This document shows positions 28,015-40,166 of a stretch of 64,000 bases of DNA, piece by piece (positions within the stretch are counted from its first letter, which is position 1; each line of letters begins with the position of its first letter). The stretch comes from an uncultured Verrucomicrobiae bacterium (GTDB lineage: Bacteria > Verrucomicrobiota > Verrucomicrobiia > Chthoniobacterales > UBA10450). Where the stretch lies: positions 134,739 through 198,738 of the forward strand of contig CAWIYE010000003.1 in assembly GCA_963840305.1 (NCBI GenBank), read 5' to 3'. The position numbers and the translations under genes were made by a program. The notes beneath the pieces were generated by a model. The model saw nothing but the letters and a program-made list of their open reading frames with translations. It was not told the DNA's origin and ran no database searches.

Positions 28015-28916
28015 TTACTTAGTCCGCACGAAGCCGTGCTGGTTGCCTGAGCCGTCGGTGTAGTTCCCGCTGATGTCGCCGCGGGCATTGACGCCCCGGT
28101 TGTTAGTCACGGTGGCCCCTGGTACGTCGGTCACTGTAAACGCGTTTTTGCTGAGTAGGAATGCATGGCCACCAGCATAGGTCCCCACGATATCGCCGCT
28201 CGAGTTGATGGCGCGGGCCGAGGTGTTGGGTCCAAACGGGACGTTAATCGTGCTGAACATGCCATTGTTGCTCAGCAGGAAACCGTGAGTGAATCCGGCA
28301 GCTGTCAAAGTACCTTCCAACAATATCGCCCTTGTCGTTGATTCCGTATGCCTGCGTGTCTGTTGCACCCGGATAATTGATGGCGGTGAACACTCCGTGG
28401 TTGTCGCGAAGAAAGCCATGGGCATTAACGCCATCATCCCAGAAGCCTACGATATCTCCGGAAGCATTGATTGCGCTCGGACTGGTGTCGGCCGCGCCTG
28501 GGTAATCTATGGTGGTGAAGCTATTTCCACTGCGGAGGTAGCCGTGGGTCGACGTGACGCCACCATCATCATATTCGCCGACAATGTCGCCCCGGGAATT
28601 GATTCCCCGGCACGTTGTGTCCACAGCTCCGGGCACATCAATGGTCAGAAAGGCTCCCCTTGCGAATAGATAACCATGAGCAGGCTGTCAAACCAGCAGC
28701 ATCGGCATTGTAGAACCCAACTATGTTCCCACCGTCATTATTGCCTTGGCCAGACGTCAAGCCGGCGCCTGGGACGTCGATGGTTGTGATCGTCGCCGCC
28801 TGCGCGGACCATGGAATTAGGATCGCCAGCGCGACCAGAACAATGAGAGATGGCGCGAGCCGGCAAGAGATTCTTGATTTTCCTAAGTGTAGAGTTGTCA
28901 TATTTTTTGTTTTCAT
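28015..28916 (-). CDS. Secreted HAF-type repeat protein (about six GIN-x-x-GDIVG repeats)
   Basis: A signal peptide, then repeated units: HGFL..G.FT.ID.PGA..T.A.GIN..GDIVG. The gene is split over ORFs 28638..29138, 28244..28636 and 28015..28437 (2 frameshifts). Confidence 0.65.
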
Positions 28917-29162
28917 TTTTGGTTTTAATTTTCCTTTTCTTGTTTTGGCCTTCTTTGACGTCCCGTCGTGGGAAGCCATTTCCGGCCGTTCACCGATGTA
29001 CTGCAGGAAATCGGATGTGAGGTTACGCAGGAAGAAACTGAAATTTTTAACCAGAGGGAAACAAAAGCAGGCCCGAACGCTTTCGAGTTGTCTTCTGCTT
29101 TGAAAGAAGCTCGATCGCGAGGGCGCAACCGCTGACACGCGATTGCGCGATCCTACCCAGAC

Positions 29163-31999
29163 TTACTTCAGCGCGACTGGCTGTTTGGCTTCCTCTAGGA
29201 TTTTTTCGAAGCGCGGATCGCCGCGCAGAGGGTCCCAAAAGGGCAGCAGTTTCAACTCGCCATAGCTGAGATTACTCGGGCGGCGGATGATGCTGGCAAG
29301 CTGGTCGAGGGCAAAATCTCTATCGCCCACCCAAGCAGCGATCATGGCCAAATACTTCGCCAGGACCACGCCCTCGAGCGCGTCTTTTTTGACGAGCTCG
29401 ACCGCACGCCGGCCTTCGCGCAGCGCTTCTTCTTTGCGTCCAAGTCCTGCATCGATTAAACCAAGGAAGACAAGCCCCTGGGCGAAATTGGGTTGAGCCT
29501 GCACAATTTTCTCCTGTTCCGCGCGTGCGGCCGTGAATGCGGCCTGCGCTCCGGCACCGTCATTTGTCATGCGAGCGAGAATGCCTTCGATAAACGGACG
29601 ATTGAAATCAACACTCTCGCCGAAGGAAATTGGACTCTGGCCTATGGCGACTAAGCCATTTTCGGCAGCTGCAACATTCCGTTCGATTAGTGCGCAGCCA
29701 AGCCAGTAATTGGGCCAATACGGCAGGGCACCAGGATTTGCGGCCCGAATCGAATCGATCAGTTGATGCAACGGCCGGATATCGGCTTTCTCAGCGTAAT
29801 CAACGTACGCAAGGTCAACTTTGGCTTGGACATTGCTCGGCTCGACGGCCAATAGCCGATTCAACGCCGATCTTTCCTTAGCATACCGTCTGAGCCACCA
29901 GTAATTTGTTCCAACGCGATTCATCAATTCGCGATCGCGCGGGTTGAGATCAAACACGCGCTCAAGATTTCGCGTGCTCTCTTCCCAGCGTCCTTGACGC
30001 CTCTGGATAGCACCCGTCATCTCGAATACCCGCGCATCATTGGGCAGGGTTTGCCGGGCAACATCCAGTTCGGCCAGCGCACCGTTGTAATTGAGGTATC
30101 CCCAATAAAGGTTTTGTGCACGCGCCAGGTGCGTTTCACCACGGTTGGGATTAAGGCGAGCCGCCGCTTGAATGGCCGCTTCTGCCAAAGCCAGGCGGCC
30201 GGAGGTATGGTCTAGGAGATCCCAATAAAGCCAGTCATGAACGCCAGGCCAGTTGGCAATAGGCATCGAAAAATGATGGATCACGCGCCACGGCCTGGTT
30301 CAGCAGATCGACTGCCTCAATATAAATCCGCTTTCTCGGTGAAGCTGTTGTCCGATTTGAGAACAAGATTGTTGGCGCGGCTGTAGAGATCGAAGGCTGT
30401 AAGATCCGCAGTTGGCTTGCTCTCGATGGCCAGTTTCTCAGAACCCGAGATTTTCGCGTGGAGCTGATCGGCAACTTTTTGCGCAATCTCGCGCTGGACC
30501 GCGAACATGTCGTTCAACTCGCGATCGTATTCTTCAGCCCATACGTGGGTGTCCGTGCGCGTGTCAATTAACTGCGCATTCAAATGAATTCTGGATTTGT
30601 CTCGTCGCACGCTACCTTCAAGCACGTGCGAAACGCGAAGCGCGTCCCCGATCTGGCGCGCATCTTGTTTCCCGCGATACTGCATAACGCTGGTTCGGCT
30701 GATCACTTTGAGATCGGCGATCTTTGCCAGCTTGGTCAAAATGTCATCCTGAACGCCGTCGGCAAAAAACGTGTGCTCCTTGTCGTCACTTAAATTTTCG
30801 AACGGCAGCACGGCGATACCGGTCGTAATCGGGCGGCGCATCAATTCACTTTTCCAAACGATCCAACCCGCTGCGGATGCCAGGGCGAGCAACGACGCCA
30901 CAAGAAGAGCGTTAGTTGGATTGCGCCGAACCCACTTTCTTCCGTGCTTGAAAACTCCAGTGCGCCGCGCCTGAATCGGCTCGTGTTTTAGCCAGCGCTC
31001 AACGTCCTCGGCCAGCGCGAGAGCAGAAGCGTAACGGCGCTGCGAATCTTTCTCGAGGCACTTAAGGCAGATCGTCGCTACGTCGCGATCTATTTTCGGA
31101 TTCCAGAGCCGCGGTTGCCGCGCCTCGGTGTTTAAAACGAGGTGGACCGTTTCAAACGTTGTCGCTCCAGCAAAAGGCGGGTGCCCGGTGAGCAGTTGAT
31201 AGAACACCGCGCCAAGTCCGTAAACATCTGTGGCTCTGCTGACGCGCGTGTTATCTCCCTCAGCTTGTTCTGGCGACATATAGCTGGGTGTACCCAGAAC
31301 ATCGGATGAATGGGTGATTGTGCTTTCCTGTTCGAGCAGCCGCGCCAATCCAAAATCGGTCAGGTGAGGTTCACCGCGTCGATCTAACAAGATATTTCCC
31401 GGCTTGATGTCGCGATGCAGGATTCCGTGCTCATGTGCGAACTGAACCGTGCGCGCAATCTTCACCAGCAACTCGGCCGCGTGACGGGGAGATAGTGACT
31501 CGCGTTTTAGAATCTGATCGAGCCGGCCCCCTTCGATGAATTGCATACTAAAATAACAAAAGCCGTCACGCTCACCGATTTCGTAAATCGGAACGATTTG
31601 TGGGTGCTCCAGACTCGCCGCCGCCTCAGCCTCGTGACGAAAACGTTTTAAATGTGGCGTGCTCGACCATCGCCCGAGGCCGATCAGTTTCAGCGCGACG
31701 ATCCGATTGAGGCTTTTCTGACGCGCCCGATAAACAACCGCTTGTCCGCCGCGTCCAATCTCCTCGAGTAATTCGTAATCGCCGAATTCGCTCATCGGCG
31801 ACGCCACTTTTGCGCCGTCACCTGCAAGGTTGACCCCCTCATCGTCGAGCTGTCCGAGCGCAGTCTCAAGCATGCAGGCGCTGCAAGCTTTTGCGTCTCC
31901 GAAAAGCTTCGCGCCGCATCTGCGGCAGGTTTTGACATTCGTGTCCATCAAAGGAGCACCGGTCGCACTCTCACTCTCTACTGCAGGAGATTCGCTCAC
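29163..31999 (-). CDS. Ser/Thr protein kinase with an N-terminal Cys4 ribbon, a TM helix, a periplasmic domain and a C-terminal TPR region
   Basis: HRDIKPGNILL, DFGLARL and GTPSYMSPEQ. CRRCG...CSAC lies at the N-terminus. A TM helix (LLVASLLALASAAGWIVW) is followed by VLPFENLSDD...ADGVQDDILTKL and TPR-like repeats. ORFs 30317..31999, 30235..30486 and 29163..30284 are joined by 2 frameshifts. Confidence 0.85.
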
Positions 32000-32002
32000 A
32001 GG

Positions 32003-32779
32003 TTACGCTCGCAAGACAGCAATTAGATGGCGCAGCTCATCTTCGATATCGCCAGGCACTGCGACAGTGTGCGCAATTTCTTCACGCAACAACTCGCGAT
32101 AACGCCTACGAAAGCGATGATACGCCTGCTTGACGGCGTTCTCTGTCATGCCCGATTCGGCGGCGATCTGCGCCTGCGAGAGTCCGTCAGGCTTGTCGGC
32201 AAGTAATTCCTTGAATCGCTCGAACAATCGATCGTTACCCGACGCATGATATTCCTGTCCAAGCCGATTGAGCACCTGCTCCAAAACTGTCAGTGCCCAG
32301 CGACGCTCGTAAATTCGGTCCGCCGTCAATAGATCCGCCGGCTCGGGGTCAGTGCGCTCACGCGCGACGAGTGCGTCGAGCGGAATTGCCAGACGTCCTT
32401 CACCGCGTTTGATCGACATCACTCGCTCTCGTTCATTCACCAGAAAATGTTTGAGCGACCCGAGCAGGTACGAGCGCAAGCGCCCTTTCTCTCGCCGCAC
32501 CGCATCGAAATCCCGCCGCTCCAGCAACCGTGCGAAGAAACTCTGCGTCAGGTCCTGGGCCTCTTCGATCGTGCGACCTTCTCGCCTGATGAACGAATAA
32601 ATCGGCGGCCAATAAGTGCGGCAGAGTTTTTCCAGAGCCTCCTCTGCTGCTGGGGACCGATCTTGCGCCTCCAGCACCACGCTCCAATGAGTCGTAGTAA
32701 ATGCAACGCCGCTCCCGCGACTGCGGGACCCGTTCGAATCAACATCAGTTAGTGACGTCACCTGATCATCAGCAGGCAC
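32003..32779 (-). CDS. ECF-type RNA polymerase sigma factor (kinase-associated type)
   Basis: Sigma-70 region 2-like (AQDLTQSFFARLL) and region 4-like HTH (LSQAQIAAESGMTENAVKQAYHRFRRR) sequences. The stop lies 3 nt from the kinase start. Confidence 0.85.
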   Translation of the reverse strand: MPADDQVTSLTDVDSNGSRSRGSGVAFTTTHWSVVLEAQDRSPAAEEALEKLCRTYWPPIYSFIRREGRTIEEAQDLTQSFFARLLERRDFDAVRREKGRLRSYLLGSLKHFLVNERERVMSIKRGEGRLAIPLDALVARERTDPEPADLLTADRIYERRWALTVLEQVLNRLGQEYHASGNDRLFERFKELLADKPDGLSQAQIAAESGMTENAVKQAYHRFRRRYRELLREEIAHTVAVPGDIEDELRHLIAVLRA

Positions 32780-32847
32780 TCTGACATCGAACTAAAGACG
32801 CGGGCGAAAATCAAGCCACGACAGTTCAAGTCAGTGATTTCTTCCAG

Positions 32848-34895
32848 CTAGAACTGTGCGAGTTGCGCAGGGCTAATCGTCACAAATTCGCTTTCGTGCA
32901 AAACGACGCGTTTTGTCCCGCGAATGAGCTGCCACCATTGTCGTGCAGAGCTGAGCACGATTGCCGCGCACGAGCACGAGAAAGAAAACGGCAACAAGCG
33001 CATCGAATCGCCAGACACCTGCCTGCCGGACGAGCTCCGCGGCCTTAGCGGAATCGGCCATTCCCGACGCCTCACGCAAAAGTGATCGTGCACCACTTAG
33101 AAAACCAAGTCTCGGATCAGACGAAAACACTTTGAGATAACCGGCCGAGAAAGTGACGGCGCACATGAAACAAAGCGGCACAAGCGTCACAAAGAGATAT
33201 TTGCTTTTGTGCATCTTGATCAGGAGCGTCGTGCCGAGGCAAAGCGCGATTACTGAGAGCAATTGATTCGCCAGTCCAAACAGCGGCCACAGCGAGTTGA
33301 TGCCGCCGAGAGGATCAATCACGCCTTCATACAGGAACCAGCCCCACGCCGCCACAAGCAACACACTCGAGATAAAATTCGCGGCTCCACGAGCGTGTGT
33401 TGCCGAGCGGCCCCCAGATGTTGCCTAGAAAATCCTGAAGTAAAAACCGCCCTACGCGTGTTCCGGCGTCAATCGTTGTCAAAATGAACAGAGCTTCGAA
33501 CATGATGGCGAAGTGATACCACAGCGCCAACGCAGACGGCTTTGCGGAGACTCGCGAAAACATATGCGCCATTCCGACTGCAAAGGTCGGCGCGCCGCCT
33601 GCGCGGTTAAACATGGTGGATTCTCCAAGGTTCGTGGCGAGCTTCTGCATTTGTGCCTCAGTCACTGGAAACCCGGCAGCGGAAGCCTTGGCGACGACTT
33701 CTGTAGGCGAACCCTTGGTATTAATCGCGAAATATTCTCCCGGTTGCAGCACGCACGCGGCGATCATCGCCATCAACGCGACCATCATCTCGGTCACCAT
33801 CGCACCGTATCCAATAGGGCGTATTCGCGATTCGCGTCTTATCATTTTTGGCGTGGTGCCCGAGGCAATCAGAGAATGAAATCCTGAGACTGCGCCGCAG
33901 GCGATGGTGATGCAGACGAACGGGAACACTGGCCCCGCAAAGACAAGACCGCTGCCGTCGATGAATTTTGTGATCGCTGGCATTTGCAGCGTGGGATTAA
34001 TCAGCACCACCGCAGCCGCGAGCAAGGCTACGGTGCCGAGTTTCAAAAATGTGCTCAGATAATCGCGCGGCGTGAGCAACATCCAGACAGGCAGGACCGA
34101 CGCGGCGAGTCCATAGATCATGATCGCCCATGCCAGCCATTTCTGGTCGTGACGGAACCACGCTTCAATCGCAGGAAAGTGCGCAAGAAATTGTCCGCCC
34201 CACACGCCAAATGCAAGACCGAGCAATCCAAAAACCGTAATTGCGATGACGCTTACTTTTCCCGTGCGCAGCGCGATGCCCATGATCAGCGCCAGAGGAA
34301 TAGTCGTTGCGATGGTGAAAACACCCCAGGGACTTTGCGCCAGCGCCTGGACCACCACCAACGCCAGAACGGCCAGCAGGATAATCATAATCGCCAAAAC
34401 ACTGACAAGAGCGAGCAGGCCAACACCGAACCCGATTTCGTCCTTTACCATTTGACCAAGCGTTTTTCCGCCGCGCCGGATCGACGCGAACAAAACAATC
34501 ATGTCGTGAACACCGCCGCCGAGCGTTGCGCCGATCAGGATCCAGAGCGTGCCGGGCAGGAACCCGAATTGCGCAGCTAACACGGGCCCAACCAATGGCC
34601 CGGGTCCGGCAATTGCCGCAAAATGGTGTCCGAACACCATCCATCGATTGGTCGGCACGTAATCCTTGTTGTCATTTTGCAGGATTGCTGGCGTGGCGCG
34701 CTCCTCATTCAACACAAGCACCTTTGTCGCCAGCCATTTGCTGTAAAAACGATAGCTGATGGCCAATGCGCAAAGCCCAGCCAGAACAATCCAAAGCGCG
34801 CTGATTTGTTCGCCGCGGGAGAGCGCCAGGCGCGCCATCGCCCACACGCCCAGCGCGGAGACGACAACCCAGAGCACCTTTTTCCACCAACTCAT
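32848..34895 (-). CDS. cstA: Carbon starvation protein A (peptide/pyruvate transporter family)
   Basis: Polytopic membrane protein with the CstA N-terminal pattern (ISYRFYSKW..., [23 protein letters not shown]). ORFs 33327..34895, 32873..33364 and 32848..33096 are joined by 2 frameshifts. Confidence 0.85.
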
Positions 34896-34939
34896 TGCAT
34901 TTGCAGCTTAGTTGAAATTGTTGCGGTGCGCCACAAGCT

Positions 34940-35660
34940 GTGATCTATCCTACGGTGCGAAGACTCAAGAAACTTCCTCATAAACTTAAGAAGGTTCTAA
35001 ATGGCGAAAGCCTGGCCAGTGCAAGAAGGCACACGCTCAGTCTTTTTCTGCCAAACCGTTTTCGTTTGGAGACGAAGCGAGTAATCGAAACGATCGATTC
35101 CCAGGGTTTCGAGCAGATCCGGCAGCGTTACGCCGTTGAAGGTCCCACCGAGGACTGGCCCAAATTTCTGGATCTCGAACGGTGGATTGGCGTCAACATT
35201 CGCCGGATTCGCAAAATCGAAATCGATCTGATGCGTCCGAAGCGAATTCTCGATCTCGGCTGCGGTACAGGGTATTTCCTGTACATCGCTCAACTGCTCG
35301 GACACGAAGGGCTCGGGCTCGATTTGGATGAGCTCCCCATGTTTGGGGACCTTACGCGCCTGCTCGGCGTGCGTCGAGTGATCTGGGAAATCAAAGCTTT
35401 CGATCCCCTGCCCGATCTTGGGAAAATTCGATCTCATCACTGCATTCCTGATCTGCTTCAATCGTCATAAACAGGCCAGTGTATGGGGTGTTCCTGAGTG
35501 GGAATTTTTTCTGGACGATCTATCGAAACATCTAACGCCGCGAGGTCGCGTCTGGCTCGAGTTAAACCAGGAATACGACGGGACGTTCTACACACCTGAC
35601 CTAAAGAAATTTTTCCAAAAGCGCGGCGCAAAAATCGACCGGCACAAAATAGTTTTTTAA
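34940..35660 (+). CDS. Class I SAM-dependent methyltransferase
   Basis: Motif I ILDLGCGTGYF. Frameshift near 35420 joins ORFs 34940..35470 and 35418..35660. Confidence 0.6.
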
Positions 35661-35710
35661 TTCAGCTCTTCCCTTCGCTGGTTTCGACCTCGCCAGTTGT
35701 GCGTTGAGAT

Positions 35711-35755
35711 TTTTGGACTGCGGCGATCCCGCGACTGCGGGACCACTTTGAAAGC
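35711..35755. repeat. REP unit, family 4 (TTTGGAnTGCGGCG...CCACTTT)
   Basis: TTTTTGGACTGCGGCGATCCCGCGACTGCGGGACCACTTTG resembles 46950-46990. Confidence 0.55.
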
Positions 35756-35789
35756 GCAGACACGTCCGCGCACTCTAAACCGCGAGCCG

Positions 35790-38458
35790 TTAGGACAAGC
35801 TATCGCGTGCCTGTTTCAGCTTCGCCAGTTGTGCGCTGAAATCTTTCACGCGTTTCCGATGCTCGTCCACGACTGCCGCCGGTGCGCGATCAACAAAGGA
35901 TTTGTTTTTCAATTTGTTCTCTGCGGTTCGCAGTTCGTTTTCGATTTTTGCGATTTCTTTATCCAGCCGCTCTCGTTCCCGAGCCGTGTCCGCTGCGGCG
36001 ATGGCTAGAAAAATCTCGCCGAGAGGTGTGACCGCCACCGGATTGCCAGCCGGAGCTTGATATTTCGCGATCCAGCCTTACCTCTTCGGCGTTCAGCAGC
36101 CGTGTTAACGTCGGAAGCTGCTCGGAAATCAATTTCTCATTTGTGCGTAAAATAAATCCTATCTTCCTGTTCGACGGCAGCTTGGATTCTGCGCGAAGAT
36201 TTCGCCCAGCCTGCACCGTTTGATAAATGGCCGAGACAAGCTCGCGTTTGCCTGCAAGATTCGTTACACCGTCTAGCGCCATCTTTTTCGGCGGGGCGGC
36301 AAATTGAATCGAGGCCTTTCCAAAGCCCAGCAACGACCACAGCTCTTCGGTGATGTGCGGCATGAAAGGATGCAGCAATCGCAAGATAGCCGAGAGAGCA
36401 AAATCCATTGTAGCCAGCGTAGATTTCTTCCTGGCCTGGTCGTCGCCGAAGATTTCGGTCTTGGCCGCTTCAACAAACCAATCGCAGTAATCGCTCCAGA
36501 CAAAATCATAAAGACGCTGTGCAACTGCGTTGAATTGATAATCGCAATACGCCGCGTCGATCGCATCAATCGTTTCGTTTAATCGCGAAAGAACCTCGAT
36601 CGCATAGATCGACAGATCCTTGTTGTCGATTTTTGGCTCGGCGGCATCGGGTCGGCCCATGCATTTGTCGCAAACGCGCCACATTCCAAAGCTTCGTGGC
36701 GAAATTGCGACCCTCTTCGATTTGTTTTTCGTCGTAGCGAATGTCCTGACCACTTGGCGCGATGCGCATCAGACCAAATCGCAAGCCGTCGGCGCCATAT
36801 TTATCGATCAACTCGAGCGGATCCGGCGAATTGCCCAGCGACTTCGACATCTTTCGACCGAGTTTGTCACGAATCAAGGCCTGTGAAATAAACATGGCGA
36901 AACGGAATATTGTCTTCGTCGCGATCCGATTTACCCGGTTTGAACTCAAGCCCCGCGATAATCATGCGCGCCACCCAGAAGAAAATGATGTCCGGTGCGG
37001 TCACGAGCACGCTGGTCGGATAAAATTTCCTCCGCGTCTCGTCATCCATCGTCTCATAAGCCCAAAGCCACGATGAAAACCATGTATCGAGCGTATCGGC
37101 ATCGTGGACCCAATTCTCCGGATCGGTCGGCGGCTCGATGCCCACATAAATTTCGGATTTCGGATTTCGGATTTCGGATTTTTGCTTCGGGTACCACGCC
37201 GGTATCCGATGTCCCCACCACACCTGCCGGCTAATGCACCAATCGCGGATGTTCTCCAGCCATTGAGCGTAAACTTTTTCCCAATGCACTGGGAAAGAAA
37301 CGGATGAGGTGATCGCGCACGACGGCGAGCGCTTCTTTCGTTTTTGGATAGCGCAGGAACCATTGCTCGCTGATGCGCGGCTCGATCGGCACATCGCTGC
37401 GATCGCTGAACCCAACATTGTTTTCATACGGCTCGGTCTTCGCCAGCGCTCCCCTCGCCTGCAATAGCTCCGCCGCTTTCTTTCGCGCTTCGAATCGGTC
37501 AAGCCCATTCAACTCCGGAACTGCCGGACAATTGATGCGTCCATCCGGATGCAGCACATCGACAATCGGCAGGTTGTGGCGCTGGCCGATCTCGAAATCC
37601 ACGGCAGTCGTGCGCAGGCGTGACTTTCAAAACGCCGGTGCCGAATTCCGGATCGATTGCTTCGTCGGCGATGATGGGAATTTTCTCGCGCGCGAGTGGA
37701 CGCCATGCATGTTTGCCGAGGAGACTGACGTATCGCTCGTCGTTTGGATGAAAAGCCATCGCCGTGTCGGCCATGATCGTTTCCGGCCGCGTGGTTGCGA
37801 CTTCGAGAAAACGACCCGGTTCTTCCACGATCTCGTAGCGAACGAAATAGAGATTTCCTTTCTGCGGCTTGGAGACGACCTCCTCATCCGAGAGCGCAGT
37901 TTGCGCAGCCGGATCCCAGTTAATCATCCGGCGACCGCGGTAGATCAGACCTTTGTTGTAAAGATCAACAAAAACTCTTTGGACTGCGCGCGCGTAATCC
38001 TCATCCAGCGTGTAGCGCTGGCGCGACCAATCGCAGGAGCAGCCGAGCCGTTTGAGTTGCTCGATGATGATGCCGCCGTGCTTGTCCTGCCATTCGAGAA
38101 CGCGCCGCAGGAATTCTTCGCGACCAAGATCGTGGCGCGTTTTGTTTTCAGTCCGCCGCAAATATTTTTCGACCGCCGTTTGCGTCCCGATCCCGGCGTG
38201 ATCCATTCCCGGCAGCCAAAGGACTTCGAATCCCTGCATCCGCGCGCGGCGGGAGAGAATGTCCTGGATCGTATCGTTCAAAACGTGGCCGAGCGTGAGC
38301 ACGCCGGTGATATTCGGCGGCGGCATCACGATGGAGAACGGCGGCTTTGACGATTTCGAATTCGCAACGAAATCGCCGTCGGCAATCCAGTGCTGATACC
38401 ATTTCGGTTCAACCGACTTTGGATCGTATCTTTTCGGAAGCTCAGCCATTGCGATCAA
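35790..38458 (-). CDS. valS: Valyl-tRNA synthetase
   Basis: [14 protein letters not shown] (HIGH-type motif), KMSKSLGN (KMSKS), and a C-terminal coiled coil (ORF 35790..36038). The gene is fragmented over at least 7 ORFs by frameshifts. Confidence 0.9.
37150..37181 (-). repeat. Heptanucleotide tandem repeat (AAATCCG x4 in the sense orientation) inside valS
   Basis: ATTTCGG x4 plus a partial unit on the plus strand, translated in frame as [11 protein letters not shown] in a variable loop after AWYP. Confidence 0.8.
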
Positions 38459-38562
38459 TCATCCGAAAGCATGGCCGGGTTTGCAAATCGGACGGCGCGC
38501 CCGGCGGTCGCGCCCTCCCATCCGCTTGCATCGGGATGCCCTCACCGCGACTTTCCCGCTGC

Positions 38563-39366
38563 ATGAGCGACGCGCGACCGATCGGCGTTTTTGATTCGGG
38601 AATTGGTGGTCTCACCGTGGCCAAGGCGCTGCAGGAACTATTGCCGAACGAAAGGATTTTTTACCTCGGCGATACGGCCCGGGTTCCTTACGGGAACAAG
38701 AGCGCAGACACGGTCGAGCGTTACAGCATCGAGTTGGCAAGCATGTTGATACGCGAGAACGCGAAAGTGATCGTGGTCGCGTGCAACACCGTTTCCTCGG
38801 TCGCCATCCCAAAATTGCGCGCGCATGTCTCGGTGCCAGTGATTGGTGTTATCGAACCGGGCGCGCAAGCGGCTGTGGCCACGACGCGTAATCGACACAT
38901 CGGCGTGATCGGAACGCGCGCCACGATTCGCAGCGGCGCGTACGAGAATGCTTTGCGTGCGCTGAATGTGCATGTTCGCGTGACCAGTCAGGCGTGTCCG
39001 TTGTTCGTGCCTCTGATCGAAGAAGGCTTGCTGAACGACGCGCTGACCGATCAGACGATTAAACGTTATCTCGATCCAATGATCGCGGACGGAATCGACA
39101 CACTGGTTCTCGGCTGCACCCATTATCCATTGCTCGCGGGTGCAATTGCCCGCGTTCTTGGCGAGAAAATCAAACTCGTCGATTCCGCACGCAATTGCGC
39201 CGTTGCGGTGAAGGAATTGTTGGATCGACAATCACTCCGCGCGCCCATTTCCGAAAAAGGTTTTCTGGAAATAACTTTGACCGATTCGGCCGACAATTTC
39301 CTCGACGTGGCGAAGGAAGCGCTGCAACTCGAGATCAGCGATTTAGAGGTGCGATCAGTTCTCTAA
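38563..39366 (+). CDS. murI: Glutamate racemase
   Basis: IGVFDSGIGGLTV, VVACNTVS and LGCTHYPLL (the two catalytic Cys motifs). The start is taken at the ATG at 38563. Confidence 0.85.
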   Translation: MSDARPIGVFDSGIGGLTVAKALQELLPNERIFYLGDTARVPYGNKSADTVERYSIELASMLIRENAKVIVVACNTVSSVAIPKLRAHVSVPVIGVIEPGAQAAVATTRNRHIGVIGTRATIRSGAYENALRALNVHVRVTSQACPLFVPLIEEGLLNDALTDQTIKRYLDPMIADGIDTLVLGCTHYPLLAGAIARVLGEKIKLVDSARNCAVAVKELLDRQSLRAPISEKGFLEITLTDSADNFLDVAKEALQLEISDLEVRSVL

Positions 39367-39709
39367 TTTCTTGCGGTCAGCCTTCGGCAGACTCTTCGTC
39401 ACCAACTCGTACGAGTGATCGATCATCTTACGCAGTTCCGCGTCTGGTATTCCGCTGTCAATCTCCACAGTGTTCCAGTGTTTCTTGTTCATGTGATAGC
39501 CGGGCCGAACTTGCTCATATCGGTCGCGAAGTTCCAGGGCCAAATCAGGATCGCACTTTAAATTTGCGGTCGGTCGGCACTTCGTCGAGAGCTGCCAGTG
39601 CGAACATTTTGCCGCCGACTTTGAACACAAGAACATCGGGCCCGAATGGCGTGCCCTCAGTTGCGCGTGGTTTGCTCAGGCAGTATTCGCGGAACTGCGT
39701 GAGATCCAT
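39355..39709 (-). CDS. MmcQ/YjbR-family DNA-binding protein
   Basis: MDLTQFREYCLSKPRATEGTPFGPDVLVFKVGGKMFA... and ...YHMNKKHWNTVEID. One frameshift near 39600. Confidence 0.7.
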
Positions 39710-39726
39710 CGGCAGAAAGTTAGCTC

Positions 39727-40123
39727 TCAAGACGCTTGTCCTACAATCAGAGGAATGGAACCTTCATGATGCCCATCAACGGCCAGATCAATCGAATACT
39801 CGCCAAATCTAGGCAGGTTTAACTGCTGAATTACCAAGCACGAGCGACGCAGTTGCAGTTGAGTCAGTGGGCCCGAATCGCACCTGCGTGGTGGCATTCA
39901 GAGTTGGCATGACCGGTTTTCCGTCGGCATCGACAAATTGAATTCGGATCGATTTCGTTCCTTCTTCAACACGTTCAAATCTCAACTTGATGGCTAGCGC
40001 ACATTGAGGGTGTATCACCGGAACCTGCGTCGCATTCAGCCGATCAAACGAGCCCAGGATATTCAATTTGCCAGCGGCGTCTGTTGTCGCGGCATCACAT
40101 AAAGTGAAAATTTCAACTTTCAC
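39727..40123 (-). CDS. Hypothetical small protein; C-terminal frameshift
   Basis: ORF 39809..40123 (MKVEIFTLCDAATTDAAGKLNILG...) continues in another frame as ...QQLNLPRFGEYSIDLAVDGHHEGSIPLIVGQAS, with TGA at 39727-39729. Confidence 0.5.
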
Positions 40124-40166
40124 GATTCAAAGCACTGCACATCCGCACATATCAAATCCGGATAAA

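Noticed and set aside
33984-34580. ORFs antisense to or overlapping cstA (33513..33887, 33984..34580, 34165..34644)
   Set aside because: They are out-of-frame or antisense readings of a GC-rich membrane-protein gene. Their Arg/His-rich composition is typical of such artefacts.
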